Assembly (NCBI GenBank): GCA_945901065.1
Contig: CAMDKI010000003.1
Location: forward strand, 369,640-433,639
Origin: Chitinophaga pinensis
GTDB lineage: Bacteria > Bacteroidota > Bacteroidia > Chitinophagales > CAIOSU01
Direction of reading: 5' to 3'
Length of the DNA: 64,000 nt
Shown here in pieces: positions 37,561-49,406 of this stretch (its first letter is position 1; every line of letters begins with the position of its first letter). A program made the position numbers and the translations under genes. The notes under the pieces are model-generated. The model did not search any database, was not told the origin of the DNA, and saw nothing but the letters and a program-made list of their open reading frames with translations.

Positions 37561-37626
37561 GCATTCGCTTTACAAAAGAAAGGATTTACCCTCATTATTA
37601 ATAGCCCCAAAGCGAATAGAGAACTT

Positions 37627-38295
37627 ATGCAAGACAAGGCATTTATTACCGACCTAATCGTTCAACAGGGTATTTTGCCCCTATACTTTTATAAAGATAC
37701 TACCGTAAGCATTGAAGTGCTGCGGGCACTATACGCCGCCGGCATCCGTACGGTGGAGTATACCAACCGTGGCGAGGATGCCCTGAAAAACTTTGTGGCC
37801 ATGCGCCAGGTGTGCGACGCCGAGCTAAAAGGCATGCACTTGGGCATTGGCACCATCAAAAATGCCGATGCCGCACAAGCGTTTATTGATGCCGGTGCCG
37901 ATTACCTCATCAGCCCGGGGTTGGTGGAGCAAGTGGCCGCCGTGGCCGACAAGCACAACATGCTTTGGGTGCCGGGCTGCATGACCCCAACCGAAATTAT
38001 CAGTGCCGAAAACTTGGGTGCTAAATTGATAAAGCTGTTTCCGGGCAATCTGTTAGGGCCAGAATTTTTGTCGGGTATTAAGTCCATTTTCCCTAATCTC
38101 TTGTTTATGCCCACGGGTGGGGTGGAGCTGGAGAAAGAAAACATCGGGAAGTGGTTTAAGGCTGGCGTGTGTGCCGTGGGCATGGGTAGCAAGCTTATTA
38201 CCAATAAACTGCTCGATACCAAAGATTACCAACAAATAACCGCCAATACCAAGACAGCCATTGAAATAGTTCAATCCGTTAAACAGACACTATGA
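37627..38295 (+). CDS. eda: KDPG/KHG aldolase
   Basis: EYTNR, GIGT, PGCMTPTEI, KLFP and MPTGGV motifs. Confidence 0.9.
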   Translation: MQDKAFITDLIVQQGILPLYFYKDTTVSIEVLRALYAAGIRTVEYTNRGEDALKNFVAMRQVCDAELKGMHLGIGTIKNADAAQAFIDAGADYLISPGLVEQVAAVADKHNMLWVPGCMTPTEIISAENLGAKLIKLFPGNLLGPEFLSGIKSIFPNLLFMPTGGVELEKENIGKWFKAGVCAVGMGSKLITNKLLDTKDYQQITANTKTAIEIVQSVKQTL

Positions 38296-39593
38296 ACGCA
38301 ACGAAAACTACCTACTACCGTTGGGTAATATGTGCCTTGATATTTTTTGCCACTACCATCAATTACGTTGACCGTAGTGTTATCAGTTTCCTCAAATCTA
38401 CTTTTGCCGAAGAGCTGGGTTGGACCGATGCCGACTATGCCAACATTGAAATTGCCTTTAAGGTATTTTATGCCATTGGCTTATTGGGCGCTGGCCGAAT
38501 AGTGGATAAATTGGGCACACGGCATGGCTATGCGTTATTTGTGTTTTTATGGAGCTTAGCGGGCACGGCTACGGCATTTGTGAGCACCCTGTTTGGTTTT
38601 CAGGTTATGCGGGGTGCGTTGGGATTAACGGAGGCGGGCAACTTCCCTGCCGCCATCAAAAGTGTGGCGGAGTGGTTCCCAAAGCGAGAGCGGGCACTGG
38701 CTACGGGTATATTCAATTCGGGTGCCAATATCGGGGCCATTATTACGCCACTTACCATACCGTTTATCATCATTACTTGGGGTTGGCACTATGCCTTTGT
38801 ATTGTCGGGGGCATTGGGTTTTGTGTGGCTGGTGCTATGGCTGGTGTTTTACCAATTGCCACGCAATAGCAAGTATGTCAGCACTGCCGAGTTGGCCATT
38901 ATCGAAAGTGACCAAGACGATGAGCCGGAAACCGACACTTCGCCAAAACTTACGTGGTTGCAGTTGCTACAATTTAAGCAAACATGGGCATTTGCCATTG
39001 GTAAGCTGCTCACCGATCCTATTTGGTGGTTCTACCTCTTTTGGTTGCCCGATTTCTTTGAGAGCACCTACCAAATGAAAATAACCGCCACTAGCTGGCC
39101 AGTTGCTGCGGTGTACATCATCTCTACGTTTGGTAGTATTATGGGCGGGTGGCTGCCACTATACCTCATTCAGCAAAAAGGCTGGTCGGTGGCCAAGGCG
39201 CGCCGCATTAGTATGCTCATCTATGCCCTATGCGTGTCGCCAATAGTATTTGCTTTGATATTGGGCTCCATCAATATGTGGTTGGCCGTGGCGGTTATTG
39301 GCCTAGCGGCTGCTGGCCATCAAGCTTGGAGCGCCAACATTTTTACTACCGTGAGCGATATGTTCCCCAAAAACTCCACCGCATCGGTGGTGGGTATTGG
39401 GGGCATGTTCGGTGCTATCGGGGGTATCTTGCTTAGCCAGTTTGTGCAAAAAACGTTGTTTACCCACTTTAGGAGTATCGGCCAAATAGAGACCGCCTAC
39501 TACATTATGTTCGCCATATGCGCCGGTGCCTACCTCAGTGCCTGGGTTATCATGCAGTTGTTAGTGCGCAATGCGGGTAAGGTGAAGGGGTAG
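38292..39593 (+). CDS. exuT: Hexuronate MFS transporter (ExuT-like)
   Basis: INYVDR, EAGNFP, EWFPKRERALATGIFNSG and DPIWWFYLFWLP motifs. Confidence 0.85.
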   Translation: MNATKTTYYRWVICALIFFATTINYVDRSVISFLKSTFAEELGWTDADYANIEIAFKVFYAIGLLGAGRIVDKLGTRHGYALFVFLWSLAGTATAFVSTLFGFQVMRGALGLTEAGNFPAAIKSVAEWFPKRERALATGIFNSGANIGAIITPLTIPFIIITWGWHYAFVLSGALGFVWLVLWLVFYQLPRNSKYVSTAELAIIESDQDDEPETDTSPKLTWLQLLQFKQTWAFAIGKLLTDPIWWFYLFWLPDFFESTYQMKITATSWPVAAVYIISTFGSIMGGWLPLYLIQQKGWSVAKARRISMLIYALCVSPIVFALILGSINMWLAVAVIGLAAAGHQAWSANIFTTVSDMFPKNSTASVVGIGGMFGAIGGILLSQFVQKTLFTHFRSIGQIETAYYIMFAICAGAYLSAWVIMQLLVRNAGKVKG

Positions 39594-39601
39594 TGGGGTG
39601 A

Positions 39602-39654
39602 TTATTGGTTGATAGGTTATTGGTAAATGTACAAAGTACGATGTACAAGGTACA
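39602..39654 (+). repeat. Two stacked heptamer arrays (TTATTGG-type then ANGTACR-type) right after the exuT stop
   Basis: ttattgg ttgatagg ttattgg; atgtaca aagtacg atgtaca aggtaca. Confidence 0.75.
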
Positions 39655-39726
39655 ATAGCAAAACCTGAGACTGGAATGGGTACGCCTTAACCCTCCTCGC
39701 TTAAGGTAGCGCGGGTATATGTTGCA

Positions 39727-40602
39727 TCACTTCTTGCTTCTTCTTTCGCCCTTCTTGGCTATTGGTTTTTCCACTTGCGGCAGACCTTTTAACGCGTCTT
39801 TGGCATTTAGTGCCGTTACCACCTTCTTGCCGGTTTTGGCCTCTAACTCTTGCCTTGCCACCTTGGCTACATTTCCGCCTTAGGCAGCTACTTTCTTGCT
39901 TTCTTCAAAATCCTTCGGGCTTACTGCAACCGAAATGTCCTTCGTAGATGCTTCAGCCAGCATATTCAAAATTAGTTCGGTGTTGGTCATATTGTCACGC
40001 AGGTTTTCCTTCTTTAAACCCTTCAATACCTTATACTCTTTGGTGGTTTTGTCGCTCCATGCTTTGGTAATAATATCGGTAAGGGTGGCAAATTGAATAC
40101 CCTCTTGTAGCCCTCGCTTCTTCCATTCGTCTGTCAGCTCTTTTCTAACCTCGATGCTTTTAATCCGCTGGTTGATCCAGTTTTCGGAGTAGCCCAGTTG
40201 CAGGTATTGCTCTAAGGCCCTATCGATGCTTAGTTCGGGGTCTTGCAGTTCGTCTAACCTTTCAGAGGCAACACGCGCCAACCAAAGTTTAAACGGCTCG
40301 GCTTTAGGAGAAGGTATGGATTGAATGAGGCGGAAAAGTTGCTCGGTATCGGCCACATCGGTAGTTCTCATTTTGCCATCGGCTGCGACCATTTTCAAAC
40401 CGTGACAGTTTGTCACGGTTTCATTTCCTTCAGCTTTCATGCGTTGTTTTAGCTTGCGCCAATAAGCATTAGCATCAACGCTATCCGTGAGCACGGCCAC
40501 CACATCCACAATAGATATGTACCATTTTTCGTGCTCCGCATCCCAAAGGGTTCGCACTTGCTTTTCTTCGAACAACTTAATGGCCGCTATTTCCTTATTC
40601 AC
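39727..40602 (-). pseudogene. Bro-N domain (antirepressor-like) gene interrupted by an in-frame TAA at 39880-39882
   Basis: VRTLWD...SIVDVV...SIPSPKAEPFKLWLA...LRDNMT; the frame continues past TAA as GGNVAKVARQELEAKTGKKVV...KK* to 39727. Confidence 0.75.
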
Positions 40603-40791
40603 GATATGCTGTTTGTGTAATTTCAATAATAAGGATTATTCTCTAATTAAGCATGCTTAAGTGCTATATTTTAGTGCTCCATCTGCGCAAATATAACTTC
40701 CAGCGTACCTCCTTATGGCTTCTCCATTACAATCGCTATACTCCCCATGCTGCCTTACACATCCTCGCTTATCACGTACCCATCTGTACGC

Positions 40792-41148
40792 CTACTTCTC
40801 CATTTGCTCCTTTACCCTAAACTCCACAATGCGTTTAATCAAATCTAGTGGTATGGGCTCGTAAAGGGGGAATTGTACCGAACCTTTCCCTTGCTTGTAT
40901 TTGGCTAGTTCTTCGGCAAAAGCTTTGTGCCCAGTGGGGGTGGCATAAAAACCAATGTGGTTTTTGAAGGCGGCAAAAAACACCAATTGCCCATTTAGGT
41001 AATAGCCAGGCATGCCATAGCTTATTCTTTCTTCAGCATTTGGGGCGGCTTGTTTAACGGTTGGCCGCACTTGCGCCAGCAATATTTGTACCTCTTCCGG
41101 AAAGTTGGCAATGTACGCGTCAACGGTAGTGGGTTTTGCGGCAGCCAT
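40792..41148 (-). CDS. DUF1801 / YdhG-like protein
   Basis: TVDAYI, EERISYGMP, FAAFKNHIGFY and KGSVQFP motifs. Confidence 0.88.
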   Translation of the reverse strand: MAAAKPTTVDAYIANFPEEVQILLAQVRPTVKQAAPNAEERISYGMPGYYLNGQLVFFAAFKNHIGFYATPTGHKAFAEELAKYKQGKGSVQFPLYEPIPLDLIKRIVEFRVKEQMEK

Positions 41149-41158
41149 TTGCGGCAGT

Positions 41159-41779
41159 TTATCTATTAATCATATAGCTCTCGTAGGGCAAACGGTTGGC
41201 AATAGAGCGGGCCAAGGTTAGTTCGTCGGCATATTCTAGCTCGCCACCAAAGGCTATCCCGCGGGCTATGGTAGTTACGCGCACCCCGTGCGGCTGCAAT
41301 TGGCGCTGTATGTAAAATATGGTGGTGTCGCCTTCAATGGTAGGGCTAAGGGCCATTATTACCTCGCGTACTTTATCAGTTTGCACTCGCTCTACCAGGC
41401 TATCCACTTTTATATCCTCAGGGCCAATGCCATCTACTGGCGATATTACGTTGCCTAGCACATGGTACATGCCATGAAACTGGTTGGTGTTCTCCACCGC
41501 AATTACATCCCTGAGGTTCTCTACCACACACACCAAAGTGGCATCGCGTTGCGGGTTGCTGCAAATAGTGCACATGGGTGCATCGCTTACGTTGTGGCAC
41601 TTTTGGCAGTAGTGTATATTCTGGCGCATGCGTATTACCGCTTCGCCTAGCTTGTCGGCCTTGTCGGGCGTTTGGTTGAGTAGGTGCAATACCAGCCTGA
41701 GGGCCGTTTTTTGCCCTATGCCCGGTAGTTTGCTAAACTCGCCTACCGCATCTTCTATCAGTTTGCTCGGAAATTTCAT
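41159..41779 (-). CDS. recR: Recombination protein RecR
   Basis: LPGIGQKTA HhH motif; CQKC..C..C zinc finger; Toprim EGDTT; GGELEYAD. Confidence 0.96.
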   Translation of the reverse strand: MKFPSKLIEDAVGEFSKLPGIGQKTALRLVLHLLNQTPDKADKLGEAVIRMRQNIHYCQKCHNVSDAPMCTICSNPQRDATLVCVVENLRDVIAVENTNQFHGMYHVLGNVISPVDGIGPEDIKVDSLVERVQTDKVREVIMALSPTIEGDTTIFYIQRQLQPHGVRVTTIARGIAFGGELEYADELTLARSIANRLPYESYMINR

Positions 41780-41781
41780 TT

Positions 41782-41815
41782 GTTTGGTCCACGGTCAACA
41801 GTCCACAGTCCACAG
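41782..41815 (-). repeat. GTCCACA-type heptamer arm abutting the recR start
   Basis: gtttggtccacggtcaacagtccacagtccacag; 29/34 identical to the reverse complement of 50318-50351. Confidence 0.85.
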
Positions 41816-42008
41816 AATAATTGGGGCTGAAGATTGGCCTTTTGGAGTGGTAAAGTTAGCGAAAATTAAAGACTGGATGTTTCGAGCCTTAACGTATTTA
41901 TGTGTGATGCCGCCAAAAAAGGACATTAAAAATAAAGATTAATAGTGCCTAAAAAGTGGAATTGTTAGCCCAACTTCCATGTTATGACATTGTTTCCTGA
42001 AAGTTGTT

Positions 42009-42039
42009 TTTGAAAGGCCTGACGGAAACCGTATCTTTG
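42009..42039 (+). promoter_or_regulatory. Bacteroidetes promoter (-33 TTTG / -7 TATCTTTG) for purF
   Basis: TTTG at 42009-42012 and TATCTTTG at 42032-42039. Confidence 0.7.
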
Positions 42040-42062
42040 TTATTCAATTTTTCCACCGGTAC

Positions 42063-43964
42063 ATGAGCGAGAGTATTAAGCATGAGTGCGGCATTGCCGT
42101 TATTCGACTACTAAAGCCACTAGAATTTTACCAAGAGAAATATGGTACGGCCTTGTATGGCCTCAATAAGCTGTACCTGTTGATGGAGAAACAGCACAAT
42201 CGCGGCCAAGATGGCGTGGGCGTGGCTACCATAAAACTCGACCCGGTGCCCGGAAACCGCTACATAAGCCGCCAGCGCAGCAACAGTAGCCAACCCATAA
42301 AAGATGTTTTTAAGGAAATTTTCGAGCCATTTATCCAGCTTGAAAAAACAGAGCCTGCCAAAATGCGCGATGCCAATTGGCTAAAGCACAACATGAAGTA
42401 CATTGGCGAGGTTATGATGGGCCATCTTCGCTACGGCACGCACGGTAAGAATAGCATTGAGGCTTGCCACCCGTTTCTTCGACAAAACAACTGGATGACC
42501 CGCAACCTAGTGTTGGCGGGCAACTTTAACATGACCAATGTTGATGAGTTGTTTGAGCAGTTGATGGAACTAGGCCAGCACCCTAAGGAAATGACCGATA
42601 CCGTAATTGTGTTGGAAAAAATCGGCCATTTTCTTGATATGGAGATACAACGCTTGTTCGATTTGTTTAAGTCGCAAGGGTATAGCAACAACGATATAAC
42701 CCACATGATTGCCGATGAGCTGGACCTGCACAAAATACTGAGCCGCTCAATGAAAGATTTAGATGGCGGGTATGTAATGACCGGTATGATTGGTCATGGC
42801 GATGCTTTTGTAATACGAGACCCGAATGGCATTAGGCCAGCATTCTGGTATCAAGACGATGAGGTGGTAGTGGTTGCCAGCGAAAGACCAGCCATACAAA
42901 CCACCTTTAATGTACCCGAAGAGAAGATATTGGAAATAGCACCCGGCCATGCCGTTATCATTAAAAAGAACGGGCAAATAAGCCATTTAGAGTGTGCACC
43001 CCCAAAACCGAAACGCTCTTGTAGTTTCGAGCGGATCTATTTTTCAAGGGGCAACGACAAGGATATTTACCAAGAGCGCAAAAAATTGGGGCATTTGCTT
43101 ACCCCTACCGTGCTGAATGCAGTAAACCACGACTTGGAAAATACCATTTTCTCGTATATACCCAATACTGCCGAAACCGCCTACTATGGTTTGGTTGACG
43201 GTGTTTTGGATTACTTGAAAACCTACCGTAAAGACGAAATAAAGCGCCTAGGTGCAAATATTACCGAAGAACAGCTAGACCACATTTTCAATATGTCGCC
43301 ACGCTTGGAAAAGTTGGCCGTAAAAGATATTAAGCTGCGCACATTTATTACCGACGATTCATCGAGAAACGAGCTGGTGTCGCACGTGTATGATGTTACT
43401 TATGGCTTGATAAGGAAAGGGGTTGATACTATTGTTGCGTTGGACGACTCCATAGTGCGAGGCACTACCTTGCAACAAAGTATTCTAAGTATCTTCGACC
43501 GATTGGGGCCGAAGAAAATCATCATCGTTTCGTCGGCACCGCAAATACGTTACCCCGATTGTTATGGCATCGATATGTCGCGGATGCAAGAGTTTGTAGC
43601 TTTTCGCGCAGCTATAGCGTTGCTAAAAGATACCGGACAGGAACACATCATTAAAGATACGTTTGAAAAGTGCCGGGCTGCCAACCTGTTGCCGCTTCAC
43701 GAAGTACGCAACGAAGTGAAGGCCATCTATGCGCCATTTACGCCTGAACAAATCAGTGCCAAAGCCGCAGAGTTGCTGAAACCAAAGCATATTTTCAGCG
43801 ACGTGCAGATTATTTTCCAGACCATTGAGAACCTGCACGTGGCAACTCCCGAGCATTTGGGCGACTGGTACTTTAGCGGCGACTACCCAACCCCGGGCGG
43901 CAACCGCGTGGTAAACCAATCGTTTATGAACTACTACGAAGGAAAAGACAAACGCGCTTATTAA
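42063..43964 (+). CDS. purF: Amidophosphoribosyltransferase (Bacteroidetes long form)
   Basis: HECGIA, QHNRGQD, GHLRYGT, CSFERIYFSR, DDSIVRGTT and CYGIDM motifs. Confidence 0.93.
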   Translation: MSESIKHECGIAVIRLLKPLEFYQEKYGTALYGLNKLYLLMEKQHNRGQDGVGVATIKLDPVPGNRYISRQRSNSSQPIKDVFKEIFEPFIQLEKTEPAKMRDANWLKHNMKYIGEVMMGHLRYGTHGKNSIEACHPFLRQNNWMTRNLVLAGNFNMTNVDELFEQLMELGQHPKEMTDTVIVLEKIGHFLDMEIQRLFDLFKSQGYSNNDITHMIADELDLHKILSRSMKDLDGGYVMTGMIGHGDAFVIRDPNGIRPAFWYQDDEVVVVASERPAIQTTFNVPEEKILEIAPGHAVIIKKNGQISHLECAPPKPKRSCSFERIYFSRGNDKDIYQERKKLGHLLTPTVLNAVNHDLENTIFSYIPNTAETAYYGLVDGVLDYLKTYRKDEIKRLGANITEEQLDHIFNMSPRLEKLAVKDIKLRTFITDDSSRNELVSHVYDVTYGLIRKGVDTIVALDDSIVRGTTLQQSILSIFDRLGPKKIIIVSSAPQIRYPDCYGIDMSRMQEFVAFRAAIALLKDTGQEHIIKDTFEKCRAANLLPLHEVRNEVKAIYAPFTPEQISAKAAELLKPKHIFSDVQIIFQTIENLHVATPEHLGDWYFSGDYPTPGGNRVVNQSFMNYYEGKDKRAY

Positions 43965-43993
43965 TAGCACCGAGTATTTTCGCCTAATTATTC

Positions 43994-44030
43994 AGCGGCC
44001 GTGCCTATCTCAGGTGCGGCCGTTTTGTTT
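43994..44030 (+). terminator. Rho-independent terminator
   Basis: agcggccgtgcct-atctc-aggtgcggccgtt followed by ttgttt. Confidence 0.75.
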
Positions 44031-44131
44031 TGTAGCCCAGAGTGTGGCTTGTGCAGTTGGGTTGGTAATACGGTCATACTGCTTGTATTGCGTTTAAAGT
44101 AATTGGGTGTCATCTACAAAACGGCCTGTTT

Positions 44132-44167
44132 ATAGTTTTTATCTATTGCCACATAGAAACAATCAAT
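44132..44167 (+). promoter_or_regulatory. Putative OxyR (LysR-type) binding site upstream of katG
   Basis: ATAG-N7-CTAT-N6-ATAG-N7-CAAT. Confidence 0.65.
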
Positions 44168-44204
44168 TTGATTTATGTATGGCTAATTGTGTACTTTGCA
44201 TTGA

Positions 44205-46541
<2,337 letters not shown>

Positions 46542-46560
46542 TGGCTACTTACACGAATGG

Positions 46561-46597
46561 GAGCCGGCTGCGCAAGTAGCCGGCTCTTTTTGTTTTT
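46561..46597 (+). terminator. Rho-independent terminator
   Basis: gagccggctgc-gcaa-gtagccggctc followed by ttttt. Confidence 0.85.
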
Positions 46598-46979
46598 GGG
46601 GGTAGTACTATATGGCCTTGGCTTTGCAATCAACCCCCTCACCCCATCAGCAGATTGCCGCTGGTGGCGTTTGTTGTGCTATACATACCATGCCCCAGCG
46701 TGCGTCAGAACATTGTGGCGGTTCGGTTGCATTATGACTCCTTGTACTTTACCGCTTAAAGGGCCCCATTAATAGTCATTGTTTGAAATTGTCGGGTTTA
46801 GCAAGTAAGTATATATGCTTATTGTTTAAATGCGATTCAATTTACAAATTTGTGAATATTTTATGGAAAGTTAAAAGCCTCATAATTAATAGATTTTGGG
46901 TTTTGTTAGGTTGCGTTTATAACCCAAAACGAAACATTGTATGGCTTCTGTTTTTATTAACAATTAATATTTTTTAGCA

Positions 46980-47405
46980 ATGAAGAATCTTAGTTTAGTT
47001 TTTTTAGCTACAGTTTTTTTAGCAGGGGTGCTTCTTTCGGGATGTAAAAAAGACGACAAAAGTTTAATTGAAGGAACCTGGTTCCGAGTAAAGTTGGAGG
47101 AACGCACCGGTAATAATCAATGGCAAGTGAATTCGCAAAGCTGTAAGTTGGATGATGTAGAGGTTTATGAGAAAGGAGGAGGTTGGACATTTTATGCAGG
47201 CCCCAACCAGTGTAGCCCTGGAACAGGCGTAATAGCTGGTACGTGGGAGCTTCGTGCTTCTGATACCAAGGTTGTTTTTACTTATGATAATGCCGTGGGA
47301 GAGTATGAATCGACGGTAGAGGTACTTACTGAAGAAAGTCTTGTTTTAACTAATAGTGCTGGCGATTTAAGCAATACGCAATACAGATCTACTTACACTA
47401 AATAA
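46980..47405 (+). CDS. Lipocalin-like lipoprotein
   Basis: Lipobox LLSGC followed by KKDD; LIEGTW; C..DD; GTW; terminal TYTK. Confidence 0.72.
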   Translation: MKNLSLVFLATVFLAGVLLSGCKKDDKSLIEGTWFRVKLEERTGNNQWQVNSQSCKLDDVEVYEKGGGWTFYAGPNQCSPGTGVIAGTWELRASDTKVVFTYDNAVGEYESTVEVLTEESLVLTNSAGDLSNTQYRSTYTK

Positions 47406-47463
47406 ATTAATAGCCGCCAAGCCGAAAACGGTAATTAAAGAGTAGGCAACCAACAACTAACCA

Positions 47464-48342
47464 ATGAAAAATTCCTCTGAAATCGTTAAAGCAAAGATGC
47501 CATCAATCAACATGAACAATGTTGTTTTAGTGCTCATGTTGATTTGCTCCATGTTTTTGCTTCCAAGTTGCGATAAGTGCAAAGATGTAGATTGCAATAA
47601 TGGCACTTGCAATGACGGCTCTTGCGATTGTGATTATGGTTACTATGGCTCCTCTTGTCAATTAGGTAGCTCTTCTTCTGGAGGAAGCACCTCAAGCGGT
47701 AGCGGTTCGGGCAGCACTAGTTCTTCATCTGGCGGTGCTAATACTTGCACAACAAATGTTGCGGGTTGCGACCCAAGCCAATACTCATGCGATGCCAGCC
47801 CAAGTTGTTATACTACCTACACTGCTTGTGCCAATTCAGGTACCTGTGCCTCATCAGGAGGTAGCGGCAGCGGCAGCACAAGCTCTAGCTCTTCTTCAGG
47901 TGGCGCTAATGCTTGTACTACAAATGTTGCCGGTTGCGATCCAAGCCAATACTCATGCGATGCAAGCGCTAGTTGTTATGCTACTTATGCTGATTGTGCC
48001 AATTCTGGCACCTGTGCCTCATCGGGTGGTAGCAGCAGCACCAGTAACGGTGGCAGTAATAGCTCTAGCTCTTCTTCTGGCGGTTCAGTTGGGCAAGTAA
48101 CGTTCTACGCTACACAAGATTTCAGTTGCGGTAATATTACCGTTAGCGTTAGTGGCTTTGGCAATGCGGTAATTGCCCAATATTACACAAGCGGAGTGTC
48201 GGGTTGTGGCGCTAATGGTTGCGCAACTTTTACGCTCAATCCGGGGCAGTATTCTTTCTCTGCTTCTTGCCCTTCACGCACTTGGGGGCCAGGATCATTT
48301 ACGGTTACCTCTGGTGGATGCCTGCTATACGAACTACAGTAA
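47464..48342 (+). CDS. Cys-rich lipoprotein: EGF-like domain, two 6-Cys modules, Ser/Gly linkers and a C-terminal beta domain
   Basis: LLPSC lipobox; CKDVDCNNGTCNDGSCDCDYGYYGSSC; duplicated CTTNVAGCDPSQYSCDASxSCYxTYxxCANSGTC; true start may be a downstream ATG. Confidence 0.75.
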   Translation: MKNSSEIVKAKMPSINMNNVVLVLMLICSMFLLPSCDKCKDVDCNNGTCNDGSCDCDYGYYGSSCQLGSSSSGGSTSSGSGSGSTSSSSGGANTCTTNVAGCDPSQYSCDASPSCYTTYTACANSGTCASSGGSGSGSTSSSSSSGGANACTTNVAGCDPSQYSCDASASCYATYADCANSGTCASSGGSSSTSNGGSNSSSSSSGGSVGQVTFYATQDFSCGNITVSVSGFGNAVIAQYYTSGVSGCGANGCATFTLNPGQYSFSASCPSRTWGPGSFTVTSGGCLLYELQ

Positions 48343-48353
48343 ATCATTGAAGT

Positions 48354-49400
48354 TTGGATGAATCTATAAAAAACCGACCAAGCGTAATTGTTTCCGTTTG
48401 GTCGGTTTTAGCCGATGTATTGGCAATTGCTGTAGGATATTTTTTGTACACTCGTGCGCCTTATTTTAATCAACTGCTGTCAGAAAAGGTTGTTGATTTC
48501 CTTCCTTTGCTTGCTGGAAGTCTTTTTATCGGGTCAATAACAGTATGTATTTTTGAAATATCATGCAACAATGCATACATATCGGTAAGTTCTAAGGCTC
48601 TTTCCTATTTTTTTGAAAAACTACGGGGATTGTTCACTGAGGAGCCATCTCCGGCAAACGTCCTTTCTAAAGACAATACTAACAAACACGCGTTCTTCAT
48701 TTTATTGGTTAAGATTTTTTATGTTCCAATGATGCTTCAGTTCATGGTAAGCAACTTCTGGTTTCTGTATAACTATGTTTTACAGATGAACTATAGTTTG
48801 CAAGAAAGCTTCATCTCGGTGTTTAATATCACTATTTATCCTTTTTTGATAGGGGCCTGCTTTTTTGTTGATACGGTGTTTTTCTTCTTTGGCTACTTAA
48901 TCTACTCTGAGGCGTTAGGCAATACCATTAAATCCGTTGAAACAACTTTTTTAGGATGGGCGGTTGCATTACTCTGTTATCCACCTTTTAATTACATTAC
49001 CGCTAATTTTATTCCTGCGCTGTACCACGACCAACCTGATACGGGCAACCCCCTACTCACGTTTACTTTGCGCATTACCATGTTTGCTTTGTTGCTTGTA
49101 TACACGCTAGCTACCTTAAACTTAGGTTGGAAATGCTCTAATTTAACCAACAGGGGCATTGTTTCTCATGGTGTATATGCCATTGTAAGGCATCCGGCCT
49201 ATATTGCTAAAAACTTGTTCTGGTGGCTTTCGCTGTTGCCTATTGTTGCAAATAAGCCTGAAGCTCTTTTGTATATGGCCGCATGGTCGTTTCTGTATTT
49301 TTTAAGAGCCGTTACCGAAGAAAGACATTTACGGCAAGACCCAGATTATGCCGCCTATTGCGAAAAGGTAAAGTATCGTTTTATCCCTAAAATATATTAA
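48354..49400 (+). CDS. ICMT/PEMT-superfamily membrane methyltransferase
   Basis: Polytopic; C-terminal SNLTNRGIVSHGVYAIVRHPAY...TEERHL..DPDY..YCEKVKYRFIP. Confidence 0.82.
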   Translation: MDESIKNRPSVIVSVWSVLADVLAIAVGYFLYTRAPYFNQLLSEKVVDFLPLLAGSLFIGSITVCIFEISCNNAYISVSSKALSYFFEKLRGLFTEEPSPANVLSKDNTNKHAFFILLVKIFYVPMMLQFMVSNFWFLYNYVLQMNYSLQESFISVFNITIYPFLIGACFFVDTVFFFFGYLIYSEALGNTIKSVETTFLGWAVALLCYPPFNYITANFIPALYHDQPDTGNPLLTFTLRITMFALLLVYTLATLNLGWKCSNLTNRGIVSHGVYAIVRHPAYIAKNLFWWLSLLPIVANKPEALLYMAAWSFLYFLRAVTEERHLRQDPDYAAYCEKVKYRFIPKIY

Positions 49401-49406
49401 CAACGT

